From Thalia democratica (Eukaryota), in the NCBI GenBank assembly GCA_965202585.1, contig OZ241826.1, forward strand, positions 15,252,001-15,316,000: a DNA stretch of 64,000 bases. Reading direction: 5' to 3'. Shown here one piece after another: positions 1 through 13,691 of this stretch. The number at the start of each line of letters is the position of its first letter. The first letter of the stretch is position 1. Below the pieces are notes generated by a model. The model was not told the DNA's origin. It made no database searches and worked only from the letters and a program-made list of their open reading frames with translations. The position numbers were made by a program, and so were the translations under genes.

Positions 1-63
1 CAATTTGAAAATTCCCTGAGATTCCCTGAGTTCCCTGAGTTCCCTGAGTGTGTGGCAACCCTG
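1..63. mobile_element. End of a CAGGGTTGCC-type MITE with subterminal TTCCCTGAG tandem repeats
   Basis: ttccctgag x4 followed by gtgtggcaaccctg (reverse complement of the cagggttgcca terminus seen at 541 and 4866). Confidence 0.6.
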
Positions 64-251
64 TTATGAATATAGCTTTATATTTTAAATATGGTAATAA
101 AAATTCTGTTTTTTAATATTTTTTAATATGTTCGGGTAAGGTTAGTTAGAGGTTGGAGTAAAAATTAAAAAACTGACTCGGCAAATATTATTAATTTACC
201 CACTCTTTATATTAATAAATACTTTTAAATTTAATACTAAATAATTCTCAC

Positions 252-3200
252 TTTGACAAATAAAAGACTGATTGCAACACCGGCTGAACCAAAACAGCAT
301 GTCGGAAATATTTTTTCACGCGTGATTTTCTCCATTTCATCTACATATTGGGGTATCATCGATTTGTTGAGCAGAACTTTAAATACTTATAATTCTAGGT
401 TATCAGCCTTTTATACTTGTTATATATAGTAAATTTTAATTGCTTAAGAATCAAAATTCGATTATATTTGTAGTTAAATATTTTAATTAATAACAACCTT
501 TAAACATTATAAGAAGTAAGTAGAGTTGTAGTATTTATTTTAGGGTTGCCAAATGTTTTTAGCAAATTTTTTCGAGGTTTTTAAATTTCCTCCGCTTTTT
601 AAAAGTACACATTTTTGGGTCTATTTTTAGTTTAAATTTAAGTTTAATTTAAGAATCTGCAATAAATAGTAAAGTAACAAAAAAAAACATACTTTGAAGT
701 TACTTTAAATGTGTTTTTAAATTAAAAAAAAAACGATAATAACAAAGAAATATTATCAACATAATAGCTATTTTGAGTCAAATCAAACTTTTACTACTAA
801 ACATGTTAAAGTTGTTTATATTCTAGGCTTTTTTTATGTTTTTTTTTTCAAAATTCAGGTTTTTTTAGTTTTTTTTTTTCAAAACTTCTCAAATTCCAGA
901 TTTTTTAGAAAAAATTTTCAAATTCCAGGTTTCTTGGCAGCCTTGTTATTTTGAATTAACAATAGCATTGAAACATTTTATATGGCTACTTGATAGTTTT
1001 GTTTACAAAATTATTGTATATCAACTGAAATAGCTTCCACATACGACTTAGTATAAGATAAAAACATTAAATACACTTCACATATAAAAGTACTAATTAC
1101 CTTCAAGTTCATATTGAACTCTAAGAGTGAAAACTACTCCGATCAATTTTACAATGAAGTTGATCAACATCAAAATGAGAAGCTGTTGAAAAATAATTAA
1201 ATTTTAAACAAATAAGAAAAATAGTATTAGTGAGTATACTAGTGGTCTACACGGTCCAATATTTGACCGGATCTGGACATTTTTTGCTTGGATCCGGAAT
1301 AGGCAGGATCTAGTTTATTGGAAAGAATTTTCCAACATCAGAAATTTTCACTTTAGCGCAACGCGTAAATAATTTTGTAATTTATAATTTATCATAGAAC
1401 TAAAAGCAGATGTAAAAACTGACATTCTCTGAAATTTTTAAGATGATTTTCCGAATAAACATTGTAACAAATAAACAAAGTAACGTATATTAAAAAGGCC
1501 GACATATATTCATTGAGGAGAACTCAACTATTTCTAACAAACAAACTTTTGCATGCATTTTGCTTAAAGAATTGTAGACTACATATCAAGATTACAACTA
1601 TACATTCAATTATACCCCTATTTATAAATACATAAATACACTTGGTGTTCGTAGCGGCTTTTAAACTGTTTGTAAATCAATTAAGATTGGTGTTTTGAAA
1701 AGTTTTATATTTAGTCATTTAAAGGCATTTATTTCAAAGAATGCAAATATCAATTAAATTATATTTCAAAATTAGTTAACTTTAAAGAGTCTTATTGAAT
1801 AGCTACGGTGTTTACCTTAATATTTGCTGAGTCAGAAAAGGGATACTTTAAAAATTTAGAAATGTGAAATTTTGCCAAAGTTTTTAGATTACTGATTTTA
1901 TTAGAAGGGAAAAAGATGAGCTTTTAAGTAAATAATTTAAAAATTAAGTTACTTTATAAACTTTAGAAAAATTAATAGAAAATGACCAGTACTACGTGGC
2001 TAACAAAAAAATGATTCAAACTATATCATTTAAGCTGAAGAACCGTAACTTGTTAAAAAAGTAAATAAAAACTAGAAAACAAAAACGTTTTGAAAAATTT
2101 GTTGAAAATATTAAAACTCACCACTCCTAGCATACTCTTGTCTTTTTTGATGTTGTTGATAAATCCAAGTGTTCCTATTACAGTTGACAGAACGCCTGAA
2201 CTGATAATCATGGTTATGCCATCGGTGGTTTTTGAGTTGACAAGGCAGTTTGCAGCATATTTTCTTGAGCGGATGCTGATACCTACTAAGGACAAACTGC
2301 ACAGCTGGAAATAAGATACATGTCAATTAGTTGTAGCTAAGTGTATAGTTTTATTTTGAACAGTTACGGTTTTTAAGTATACAAATTTTTGGGTCTATTT
2401 TTAGTTTAAAATGAAGTTTTGGGAAAAAAAGTTTTAAATAGTAAAACAACATTGGTAAGACGCTAGAATACAACTTTAAATTTTTTTTAAAAATAATTAA
2501 GGATAGCAAAAAGAAATTTGTGTCTGTGATTGATTTTTTGTGTTAAAACAGAAACTTATTACTCTACATGTAATTTTTTCTCCAAATCTAGGTTTTTTAG
2601 TCATTTTTATTCAAAATTCCAGGTTTTTCAGTGTTTTGTTCAAAATTCCAAGTATTTTTTCAAAATTTCTCATATTCAAGTTTTTTTAGTCTAAAACTTT
2701 TAAATCCAAGTTATTTTTAGGTTTTTCGAGGATTCAAGGTAATTTTGAAATCTGCTTTAAAGCTACGTGTAAAGCTACTATAAATGTGTCTCTTAATAAT
2801 AAAATTCTTATATTTAAATAAAATCAACAAATTAGTCAGTAAATTTTAAACTATAAAAAATTGAAGAAAGATATGCTAAATTTTAGGAAAGTCAATAAAA
2901 CTAGTCTAGCCTTTGCTTTACCTTTTTAAGAAATTCTAAATATAAGTTTGTTTCACTATATTTTTTAAACTGACTAATTTTTTTAGGTATATCAAGTTTC
3001 TGGTAGCTTAATTATAAAAGCTAAAAAAACAGATTCCGAAATCATTATGTCCCCTATAAACTTACTAATCTATTAATTAATAAAGTTACATTAAAAGTTA
3101 GTTTTAATTAAATTAATGAAAACATTAATAACAAAAGTTTTAATAACATTTTGAAAAATACAAACACTTATTTTAAAGCACTTTTAAAACATAAAATAAA

Positions 3201-3285
3201 TAGTTTAATTTCTAAGTAAACAATTGAAACTTACCAATAGTAGTATATTGACTAATAAAAGCAGTCTTTTTGCCAGAAATCCCAT
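252..3285 (-). CDS. Divergent tetraspanin-like four-TM protein (3' end probably outside window)
   Basis: Exons 3285-3235 (MGFLAKRLLLLVNILLL, phase 0), 2304-2122 (LCSLSLVGISIRSRKY...IISSGVLSTVIGTLGFINNIKKDKSMLGV, 0-0), 1182-1101 (LLILMLINFIVKLIGVVFTLRVQYELE, 0-1), 376-252 (VLLNKSMIPQYVDEMEKITREKIFPTCCFGSAGVAISLLFVK, 1-0). All GT-AG and phase-compatible. The K-x-L-L-x-x-x-N motif in TM1 and phase-0 introns inside TM1, before TM3 and inside TM4 resemble tetraspanins. Confidence 0.7.
541..945. mobile_element. CAGGGTTGCC-family MITE, near full length
   Basis: Starts tagggttgccaa and ends ttggcagccttg; internal gggtctatttttagtttaaa and ttccaggtt repeats are shared with the copies at ~2375 and 4866. 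TSD not clean. Confidence 0.6.
2375..2745. mobile_element. Internal fragment of the same MITE family
   Basis: Shares tttttgggtctatttttagtttaaa and ttccaggtttttt-type repeats with 541-945; termini not found. Confidence 0.45.
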
Positions 3286-4865
3286 TTAAGTATCAGTATT
3301 TAGGATTTCAAATCAATTTTAACTGTAAAAACTATAATTAAAATTTTATTAAACATTGAAAAATATGTTAAATCTAAAACTGTACACAACACTTAAAAAA
3401 TTCAATTTAAAATAAAACTTTTATTTTACATACACAATTGGCAAAAATTTGTTATAAAGCACTGTAAAATCATTAAATGTTTTAAGATAAAGGCAAATTG
3501 TTTAAGGTTGTGTAAACTTTAAACTCTATAGAAAACATTTTTGCTCATCTTACTATATATGAATCATGTTTTTATACATATGTAAACATTTAGTTAAGAT
3601 TCATTTTCAAAGGAATCATTACATTTGATTTTATTAATATCAATATTTTAGTATATGATTATGACTGACAATATTATTTTAAGAATGGTGTAAGATACGC
3701 TTTTACGTATTTTAAACTGTGTCAATTACTTAAAACAGTTAGTTACTTTATATGTGGTTTTGAATAATTTTTTTGTAATGATGACAAGAACTTTTTAACT
3801 ATATGTAGATTTATCTTTTTAAATCAAAATTTTACAACTAAAATGTAAAAACTGTTTAAAATTTTCCAACTATTTTGGTAATAATTGTTCAAAATTCAAT
3901 GTTTTATATAGATTTTAATTTAAAACTTGAGGTTTTGTTCAAAATTTCTCAAGTTCCAGGTTTTTTAAGCCTAAATTGTCAAATTCCAGGAATCCAGGTT
4001 TTTTGGCAAACCTATCATTTGACATCATCATTTACAGAGTTGCAACTATTATAAAAAAATAAGCCACCCTGAGAGACCAAAACCTGGCTGACTTACAGCA
4101 TCAATTTTTTAAAACAATCAAAATAAAAATTAAAAACTAACCTCACTTTCCCTAAAACAAAAGTGTGTGGTAATCCTAAGTAAATAGATCACCACTTTAG
4201 CTTAAAAAATATTAAAACAATTTTGTACTCACTATTTAAGTTTAACTTTTTTTTATGCTATTTAAATGAAATATAAAAACTTGGCTTAATTAAAGTAACC
4301 TAAAGGCTAATTTTTTTTCTTTAAGATTTTGTGATTTATTTTTAAAACCTTATTCTAAATATCAACCTTATTCTTTCTAAACCATTATATTTCGTAGTAA
4401 TTTTTTATCTGTATCAGTGGCAAAAATTAAACTTAAAAGTACTTTACAATTGACAAAGATTAGAATATACTGTCAAGCTATTTCAGATGTGTTTCTAAAT
4501 AAAGTTCTAAATACAAGGTTGCCACTCTTTGAGTCATAAAACTCGTTGTGAGTGACAACAAACTTTCATGGGCCATCATGAGATTTTTCTTAATCATTGA
4601 AATTTTCTTTCTAATTTTAAATTTAAAAAAATGAATTGTTTTAATAAAATTGATTATACCTTTGATCAACTGAGCCTCATTCAAAATCTCGAAATAAACT
4701 GGCCTGAGATTTTCAGAAATCCTAAAACTATCCTGATATTATTTAAAAAAACATCCAGAGTCAGTCTGAATTTAAAAAACAAATTTAAAATATCTGAGAG
4801 TTATACTGAGTTCCCTGCAAATATATATTTTAGACACTATTTTATTCCTCAGTTTGTATTATATA

Positions 4866-5290
4866 CAGGGTTGCCAGACGTTTTTTCAAAGTTTCTCCAG
4901 GTTTTCTAGATTGCTGCCAGGTTTTTAAAACGACACATTTTCGAGTCTATTTTTAGTTTAAATTAAGTTTAAGGTAAAAAACTGTGTTAAATAGCCTACA
5001 AACATTGAAAAGATACAATAAAGCTACTTTAAATATGTTTTTCAATAAAACAAAATTTGATGATGACAATTTTTTTTTATTTGTATGATAGATTTTTTGA
5101 ATTTTACTACTGAACATGTGAAATTTTTTTAAATTTAAGATTTTTTCAGGTTTTTTTTTTTAATTTCATGTTTTTTCTTTTTTTTCAAAATTTTTTAAAT
5201 TCCAGGTTTTTACAGATTTTTTTTTGTATAAATTGTCAAATTCCTGGTTTTTACAGGTTTTTTCAGATTCCAGGTAAAGTGGCAATAATG
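4866..5290. mobile_element. CAGGGTTGCC-family MITE
   Basis: Starts cagggttgccagac, contains gagtctatttttagtttaaa and multiple ccaggtttt repeats, and has a degenerate right end gtggcaataatg. Confidence 0.6.
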
Positions 5291-7619
5291 TGTATATTTT
5301 TGTCCTATAATAAAAAACCTTCAAGTCTTTAGGTATTAAACTTCTTTTTTTTTTTAACTATAAATTTTTCCAGTTTTTTCAAACAGTATCAAACTCTAGG
5401 TTGAATTGCCACTAAGTTAAAAAAATTATAAAAATATTTTACTAAAAGGTTTTGTTTTAGAGTCAATGTTAAATTTCTAACTTTTTTTGTCAACCATTAA
5501 TTTTAAGCTTACAACTTTATTAAACAATTAAATTAATATCATGGATGTCACTCTTTGAGTAAAAATGTTCCTGTGTGACCAAAAACTGTGCTTTTAAAAA
5601 TCTCAAAAATATGTACATTTTCAATTCAAATAGTTATTGGAGTAGAACAAAAATCTAGTTCTTAAATAAAATTGGCTGAAAATAACAAAGTATAGGATCT
5701 AAAATATTCAAGAATTATAAAAAAAAGGACTGAGATTAAAAAAAATTAAAACTTGCTCAGTATTTAAACAAAAATTCAAACTAGCCTGACTTTTCTTAAG
5801 GTATGTTATTCTATGCCAATACCCAAGTATACTATAATACAAATATTAAAACATTATTCAATTTTGTTGTATTTTTATAACATATTTTCTAGTTTAGTAG
5901 AAATTTCATTATGACAAAATTTGATGACAAAATAGATATTTAAATCAAAATAATTTAACTAAACAAATTAGTTTTAATAAACAATTGAAATGTAATATCA
6001 AGAAAATCTTAGTTTTAAATGGGATTATCAGATAATTAATAAAATAATGAGAACTTGAAAAGTCTATATCATCAAGAAAAAAAATTATCCTAAAAATATG
6101 CAGAAATATTACTTACTTTAAGGAATATCTATTTATTTTATGTATTTAGACAAGCTTGAAATTAATTCAACTATGTAGAACTACTTTCAACATAAAACTT
6201 GTTTTAAATTAAGATACTAAATTATTTTGCTTTACAAAAATAATTTAATTTTAAGTGCTACTAAAAGAATTAGTTGTTTTTTGTTGTGTTTTATAATTTT
6301 AGACCATTTAAGATTGATAATAAGTCTAGCTTTATATTTCAATCCACAATTAAAGAAATGCTTATCAATACTTTAAATAATAAAGAGGTTGTACATATAC
6401 AGAGCTTTTACAATCTCAAATTCTCATTTATTATATTAAAATTTTTAATTTACAACTATATATATTTTAGCTTATTATTAATTTTTGACAGACTCTGTCA
6501 GTGCACATCTATTTTTTTCCTTTGTATCTGATACAAATGTGTATTAAAAAACTTCAAAACAAACATAGTATAACATATTTTGGCATTAACTTAGTAAAGT
6601 CATAATAATTTTAGTAAAGATTTTTAGATGAAATAAGCTTCTATTGTTACCAAAATATAATTTGTTAATTTTGAAGGTAAATGAACAAAACAGGGTAACT
6701 TTTAGTATTAAATACATGACTTGAGGAAGAATGTGTTATATAAATAAACAAAATAAAAGATTAATAATTAAATACCCCTTTGGAAATATAATAAACGAAA
6801 GATGAAACTTTTAATTATAAGCCTTTAAGTAAATTTAAAAGAATACGTAATATAAATTCAGTTCTTATTTATTTCTTTGTTTATAATTAAAAATAAAATT
6901 GTTTCAGTTTTAGCAAGCTGCACTTAGTATTATAAATAAAAGATGTTTTTGATAATAATTTCTAAATTTAAGAAACTAAAATCTTATACATAATAATCTT
7001 AAATTGTTTAAAACTATAACATTTTTAAACTCTAGACCTGCAACGCTGTATAAAAATATCTGCTTAAGTTTGGTAAAATTAGATACAAATTACTTCAAAG
7101 GTAGATAAAACTAAACTAAACAAGTAAACATGTGTTATCTTTAAAATATGTTGTTTATTAAAATATGTAGTACATAACGAAATAATACCAATTTAAAATG
7201 ACCGAAAAATAAAAATGAGCTTTTTTTTATAATATTAAACTATGATCTAAACATCAAACGTTAAAATTAAAAAGGCAAGTTTCGTTCTGTGAAATTTAAT
7301 AATTTATTCATTATCAATATATAAATGCTTAAATATGCAGAACTGAATTTTTGAACATCAGCTTAATAGAGTTGAAATAGTTTTTTTGGACTTTCTAATC
7401 TCATTTAATGTTTTTGATGAAATATACTTCTAGTTTCAAAAAGTTTTTAAAAAAACAAATTGTTAAATATGGGACAAAAATCAAACTTTTAATTAATAAA
7501 AACAAATAAAGAGTTAAAATTTTTATATTAAACTTAGGAGCTTTTAAGTGGATTGTAAAAGTTACTATAAACATAACAATGTTTTTTGTTTTGTATCTAT
7601 TCGATAACTTTTTCAATGT

Positions 7620-7990
7620 GAGCAAGCTGAAGCGAAATTCTAAACGCTTGTGCTAATGATTAAAACACATATACTTTACATTTTGCCAGCAAAAAGGAAT
7701 AAAATACAATTCCTCTCCCGAAAATTTAAAATAAAAGGAAGTGTAATGAAACTAATGCTGTTTACTTGTTCTTTTTTTGTTTTAAATGGCAAGTATGTGA
7801 ACTCAGTCAACCAGAAAGTTCTGTTGAAATAACACATCAATTGCATGGAGTTGACCAAAAGTGTAGTCATGCGTAACATAGGTATATAAACCAGCTGCAG
7901 TGGATGTTCGAGTCAAAACCATCCAGAGGACAGTTTTAGTGTCAATTTGAAGCTGAAACGTTTGAACTTTCTAATTGGCCATTGATAAAT
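7620..7990 (+). promoter_or_regulatory. Candidate Pol II promoter/enhancer island
   Basis: Locally GC-richer non-coding block with TATATAAA at 7883-7890, CAGCTG at 7892, and AGGAAGT and TGTTTAC motifs upstream; no supportable ORF. Confidence 0.3.
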
Positions 7991-10710
7991 TGTAAAAGCA
8001 TTTTTTTTTTTGATTTAATGTAGTTAATTCTTGTTTTAGATTAAACATAATGTTTTTTTCAGACTTTGTATTTGTGTGAAGGTTTTGATTTAATTTAATA
8101 AAGTTTCTAAAATATGTGGCTGTTTATATTATCATTTTATGTTTGTAACAAAATATAGCCTGATGTGCATAGTTTATATAAATATATTAAGCCTTATCAA
8201 GTATTAGCTAGGATTAAAACTAGTTATGTTTTATAGTGTGTTATGTGGATACAATCTTTTATACAACCATAAAAGTTCCTAAATTTAATTAATTAATATC
8301 AGAAAGGGTTATGTACTAATTAACGCCCCTAACATCCTGTAGAGCTGGGTTTTTTTAAAGTGGGCCAAGGGACAACATGGGGTCATAAGCCGGAAAGGGG
8401 CCATAAGTAGGGCATTTAATTTGCTGGCAGTCAGTAAATATTACTTAAGTTTTTTGCATCAGTAAGTTTACTATTTATATTTTGGCCCTGGTTTTAGATT
8501 AAAAATGTATTTTTCACAAGTTAATTTTAGAGTAAATCTTATACATTTCTACGTAAAGTTTAAATTTCTAACAACTATATTTACACTCAGTTTATACATA
8601 AGTCAAATAAACTGTGTAAAAAAAAATTCTTAATATAATTAATCTAAATCAATATTTTTTTTGCAAAAAATTGCAAAAACACCATCAGCTGTTTAGTTTT
8701 TAAGTTTGAAACGGTCTGACTTCTACAATGTATTTGGAACTAACAAAACTTATATTTTCATTAAAATTCTAAGCACTTTCTTATCTTTTTTGAATCATCA
8801 TGTCAACCAGACAGTCTCGTAATGAAAAGCAATTCCCAACAGAATAATTATAGATAAAATAATTGAATAACAAACTAATTTTATTTGTGTTTGAAAAGAT
8901 TGGAATTATTTTTTTCATTAATACCTGGTAATAATTAAAATAATTTATTTGGATTTTATTATTATTTAAATAAGCTTTTTATTTTACAATAAATTAAGCA
9001 ATAAATTTGAGTTAGAATTTTTTTTTTTAACAAATCATATGGTATAATTTAATACTTTTTCTGTACTGCAACTTGGTTTACACTTAAAGGGTTGCTACAT
9101 ACTCAAAACACTCAAAATTAATCAGGATGATTTAAAAGTTTTGAAAATCTAAAAATAGATCTTTTTCCAGATTTTTGATGCAATATAGTATTATTATTTC
9201 TTTTTTATTGCCAGGTTTCTTATAGATAATTTTTTTTTTTTCTTGAAAAGTTTAAAATATAAATTTTAAAGGGTTTTAAATAACATAGGATGACTCAAGA
9301 TGCTTAAAGGTCACTTAGAACAGTTTTTTTATTAAAAAAGAGAGAGAACTCTGAGTTTACTAATTTTTTTTTCTTCCATTTTTAGCCATTACTGTTTTTT
9401 TATTTACTTAACCCGAATCAGACTAGCTTGATTTAACTTTAAATGGCTACCCTTCAATAGTCTTTCTTTAGAAAAAATGTATGTAAATTAGTATGTGTTG
9501 GCTTTTTTTGATCAATCTAGGTACTAAACAGTTTAATTTTACGTTTAGTATACTATAGCTTTTAGCTATTGTATTTTAAAATTAAGAGTTACTTTAAACT
9601 CTTAAAAACAAATTGAAGATGACTTATCTTGAAAAAAATTTAAAATAAAATAATCTCTTTTAAAACTCTTAAATACCTATGGCCATTTTCATTCTTTTAC
9701 AAAAAATTAAATATTGTTTGATATATGGCCGAAATAGATTTTGAATAATACTATTTTTTTAAATATTTTATAAAAACTATTTATTTTTTCACTTTTTTTT
9801 ACTAGTACAGTTTTATCAATTACATAAGACCTACAACAACATTGTTTATTATTTTCGGATGTGTATTAGTTTTAGAAATCCAGCCTTTTCGACATGTTTT
9901 CTAATTTGAGTAGTCATACTCATGTAACCTGTTTTTAGATAATACTTATAAATACCTCAATAAATATAGAATTTTAATTAAGTTATCTTCTGTAATTTGT
10001 TATTTTTCTAACCGATGTTTTTCTTGATAATAAGGAACTATAAACAATATATAATCAATACAATTAAACTTATATAAAAGTACTAAAATAATTAAAGAAT
10101 TGCCAAGTTCTAGAAAAACGTGAAGTTTTTAATTTTTTAAAATTAATAACCTTGAATTACAAAAGAAAGTAGTAAGACAATATTAAAAGAATCTGAATTT
10201 TTTAAAAATCTTTAAATGTACAAACTGTTTTTTTTTATATTTATTAGTTTATATTGATATATAAACTGCTTTTTATTAAAAGTATGAAATGTAGTTATTT
10301 TTTTTATAAAATTTAGCTATTTTCTATACAAATTCATTGTTAAACTTTAGTTTTGAAACACCATTTATAGCCAAATTTTGTTAAGAATATTTTAAAACAT
10401 AATTTTAGTAATAGTAGCGTCACGCTGTACTTATTAGTGTGTACCAATACACGTTTATATGCATAAAAAAGGCGCAGAGTTCTTTTTAATGTTTACTTAG
10501 ATTTTGAGAAATTTTATTGGGGGGGCGGCCATTGCCTATCAAATTTCTTCGAAAAGTCATTTGAAAAAAAGTCTAAGATATGCTGCTTTTGAGGTACCCT
10601 AGTTTAAGTTGTTATTATTTTTCAAGACTCTTTCATCTTTTTAATTTAATTGTAACTATATATTATTTTTAAATTTAGGTTTGTTTATAAAAAAAACACA
10701 TATTATCATA

Positions 10711-13691
10711 ATGCTAGTGAAAAGTACTGAGAGTAAATCCATCGAAATAAAAGCAAAAGTTGAAAAACTTAATGGAAAATCTTTTAAGTTTCATGATGAA
10801 CAAAGAAGTTTTGTAAAGTTTTGCAAGAAAGTTTCATTCGAACGCAAATTTGCTTACATTTCACAATCTTTCGATGATTTTATGATTTCAACTAAAATAT
10901 GTCAGTTTCTTTGTTTTATAAAATATTTATCGTGGTTGAGTTTCAAGTTTTTTTAGTTGATTAAACTGCTTTTGAATAGTAGAAAACTTATTTATTACTA
11001 AATTTGCTATTTTATTACAAATATATTTAATATATAAAAATATAATTTTAACTGTTTACAGTACTTTATAAAATTATTAACGTTTATATTTTTTGCATTT
11101 GAATATGATTAATTTAGTACTCAAAATCTCTTATAAATTACTACTGTATAAAAAAGTTGTACTTGATTTTAATAACCTGATAAACTACAATGTCATTATA
11201 ATAGTAACAATGAAAACAATAACATAATGGTAAAGGTGCTAACTAACTAGTCTATTTGTTAACAGTTACAAATAAATTAGTTAGTTAACACGACGATCCT
11301 TCTAAAAAGTTTAATAGCTTAAACATAGAGCTAAAATAAAGTATGATTTTTTTTAACTTGGGTATATTGGGTCGGTGCTAAATTTCATAGAAAAATTGGG
11401 ACACTATGTTTTTTTATGAGTCCTCGACGCGTATCGGAAAAAAAAACCATGTAATATCTAAAATTGTTCTTTTAAATATTTTGTAAAGAATTAAGATTAT
11501 TTAAAAGTTTTTATAGTCCTTGAAGTTTATCACATAAATATATACAACTATTTAAATGATACTTCTTAAATATTTTCTACTAAACTAACTTAGTTTGTCA
11601 GTGTTTTGTTTTTTATATAAACTATATACTTTTTGAAATAAAGACCATTTTGTTTTCAAGTTTTGGTCTTTAATTTTGGTTTTCTTGGTTAGTCAAAAAG
11701 AATCTTTCTCAAAAAAAGCTGAACTCACTGACTAATAAATATATTTATGGTAAACTTTTAAAAAATGGTCTTTTTTTTTTTGTATGCTGCGAGAAGCCTC
11801 AAAATGTCTATAAATTGTCGTTTAATTTAGTGGTCTTCAACCTTTTCAAAAACTACGCACACTAAAACGTTGGAGAACAGATTCTGTACACTTTAGACTT
11901 AATAAAATGTTTTACTAAAACTTAATACCGTTTTTAAAATAAGTAATACTATTTTTCATTTGTTGAGGGCCTTAAAGTAGAAATAACGGTTAAAAAATTG
12001 TTAATTTGTGTTTTAATTATCTTTTTCTCATAAAGGTAGACAAAACAAGCGTCATCTAAAAATTATTTTATTCACCTTACTAAGTTTACCGTGCACAGTA
12101 CAAAATTTTTTATTCACACTAGTGTGAAAAAGTGCACACGTTGACGACCACTGGTTTAACTAACAACTTTATTATTGTTACTTAAATAAGCTTTTTACTC
12201 AGTAATTTGAGCATTTAACATAAATACTTATACAAGTTTTTATAATGAATATATAAACATTTTTCAGCCAGCTTACCGAAAGGACCGAAGGAAATTTTAC
12301 CATTACTTAAAACAAACAGTGCTTTTCTCAATGAAAGACTAATAAAGAATTTTTGCACCTACATACAAGACACTATTTCTGTAAAAAACAACATACTTTA
12401 TTTCAAGTTAGCTTACTTCTTTAATTTGCCAAATGATGTTCGGTTGAAAATCATGGCTTGCACGGAGCGATGGTTCACCTCAGTTTGCAAAACCAACAAC
12501 TTCCGCCAGTTGGATTTTGCGCTCACTAAAAGGATTCTATCTTCTTCCAAACTGCACATTACTTCAGAACTCCAAGTGTTTAATGCTGCAGACGACTGGA
12601 TTAGTTACAATACTGAAAAAAGAAGCAAGTTTGCAAAATATCTTTTGCTAGCAACACGGCTTCCGTTGTTGTCGGAACCTGCTTTGAGTTTTCTCGTGAA
12701 CGGGGAATCTTCTATTTGCAAAGTTGTTGAGTGTAAGCTTTTAGCAAGCAATGTTTTGATTAAAAACCAAGAAAGTTTAGACAAACTGCCGAAGAAAAGT
12801 TTCGAAACGAGGCACTGCGATCAACTCTTGTTTGACGTTTTCGCCTACAGCGGACGATGTCAAGGTTGTGTGGAATTGACGCAAGTGGACGGTAAAGACT
12901 TGAAAAAAGTCCAACGTTCGCCGGTGAACGGGTTATTATTGGAAGACGAACATGTTGCTAATGGAATTTGTTTGAAAGGTGAAGTTTACGCTTTTGTGAA
13001 CAAGGGTATCGGTAAAGATACGGAAACGAAGATAAAAAAATATTCGCGAGCTTGCAACGCTTGGCAGAGCGTGACAGAAATCAGTTATCGCTTCAAGTTC
13101 TGTGCTTGCGTTCTCATTGACAAGATATACGTGTTATGCGGCTATAACAGCTCTTACGACGCTCAACGTTCCTGCATTGAGTACGACCCTGCCGAAAGCG
13201 ACCGGGTCACGGAGATCGCGATGATGGCGGAAGCGAGGACGTGTGCGGCCAGCGCCGTTTACCAAGGAAAATTGGCGGTTTGCGGCGGCGCAGTTCAACG
13301 CGACGGCGAGTTTGTTTCCACGAACACCTGCGAGGCCTACGACCACGTCGCCGACGAGTGGTCCCGCATGCCGAGCATGGTGCAACCGAAATCCTTGCAC
13401 GACCTGGTCGCCGTGAAGAACAAGCTGTTCGCGATCGCAAGCTGCTACGCGTCTTGTGAAGTTTTCGACAATATTTCAAACAAATTCACCGTCATCAAAC
13501 GCGGGTTTCGATGCGAAGAGAATCCCGCGGTCGTGGCCGCTTCGGTGGGAAGCAAAATAGTTGTTTTCGGAAGGCAAGACGGGGAAGTGGTGTTCTACGA
13601 TGTGAAAAAGGACGAATGGTGCGAGCAGCCGCTCGATTCTTTTCCCGGCGGATTCAGTTTCTGCTCGAAAATGCCGCACACGCAGTTTTAA
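10711..13691 (+). CDS. BACK-Kelch protein (KLHL-like, incomplete BTB), copy K1
   Basis: Terminal exon 12268-13691 (acceptor ttttcag at 12261-12267, phase 1) is open upstream of the ORF-track start and encodes BTB C-terminal helices, BACK (ERWF...LDF...SSSKLHITSELQVFNAADDWI) and Kelch repeats (YVLCG, AVCGG, EAYDHVADEW). Probable first coding exon 10711-10900 (MLVKSTESK...ISTKI, phase-1 donor gtcagt) is less certain. Confidence 0.8.
11828..12153. mobile_element. hAT-type MITE in K1 intron
   Basis: Imperfect TIRs tagtggtcttcaacc / cgttgacgaccactg flanked by an 8-bp near-TSD, gtttaatt / gtttaact. Confidence 0.7.

Noticed and set aside
4478-7879. Short F/I/K/L/N-rich ORFs (4478, 4631, 6274, 7401, 7650, 7676)
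   Set aside because: Composition expected from AT-rich DNA; they overlap MITEs and show no motifs or splice support.
11365-11460. Tc1/mariner-like terminus (tattgggtcggtgc)
   Set aside because: No matching opposite TIR or transposase remnant found.
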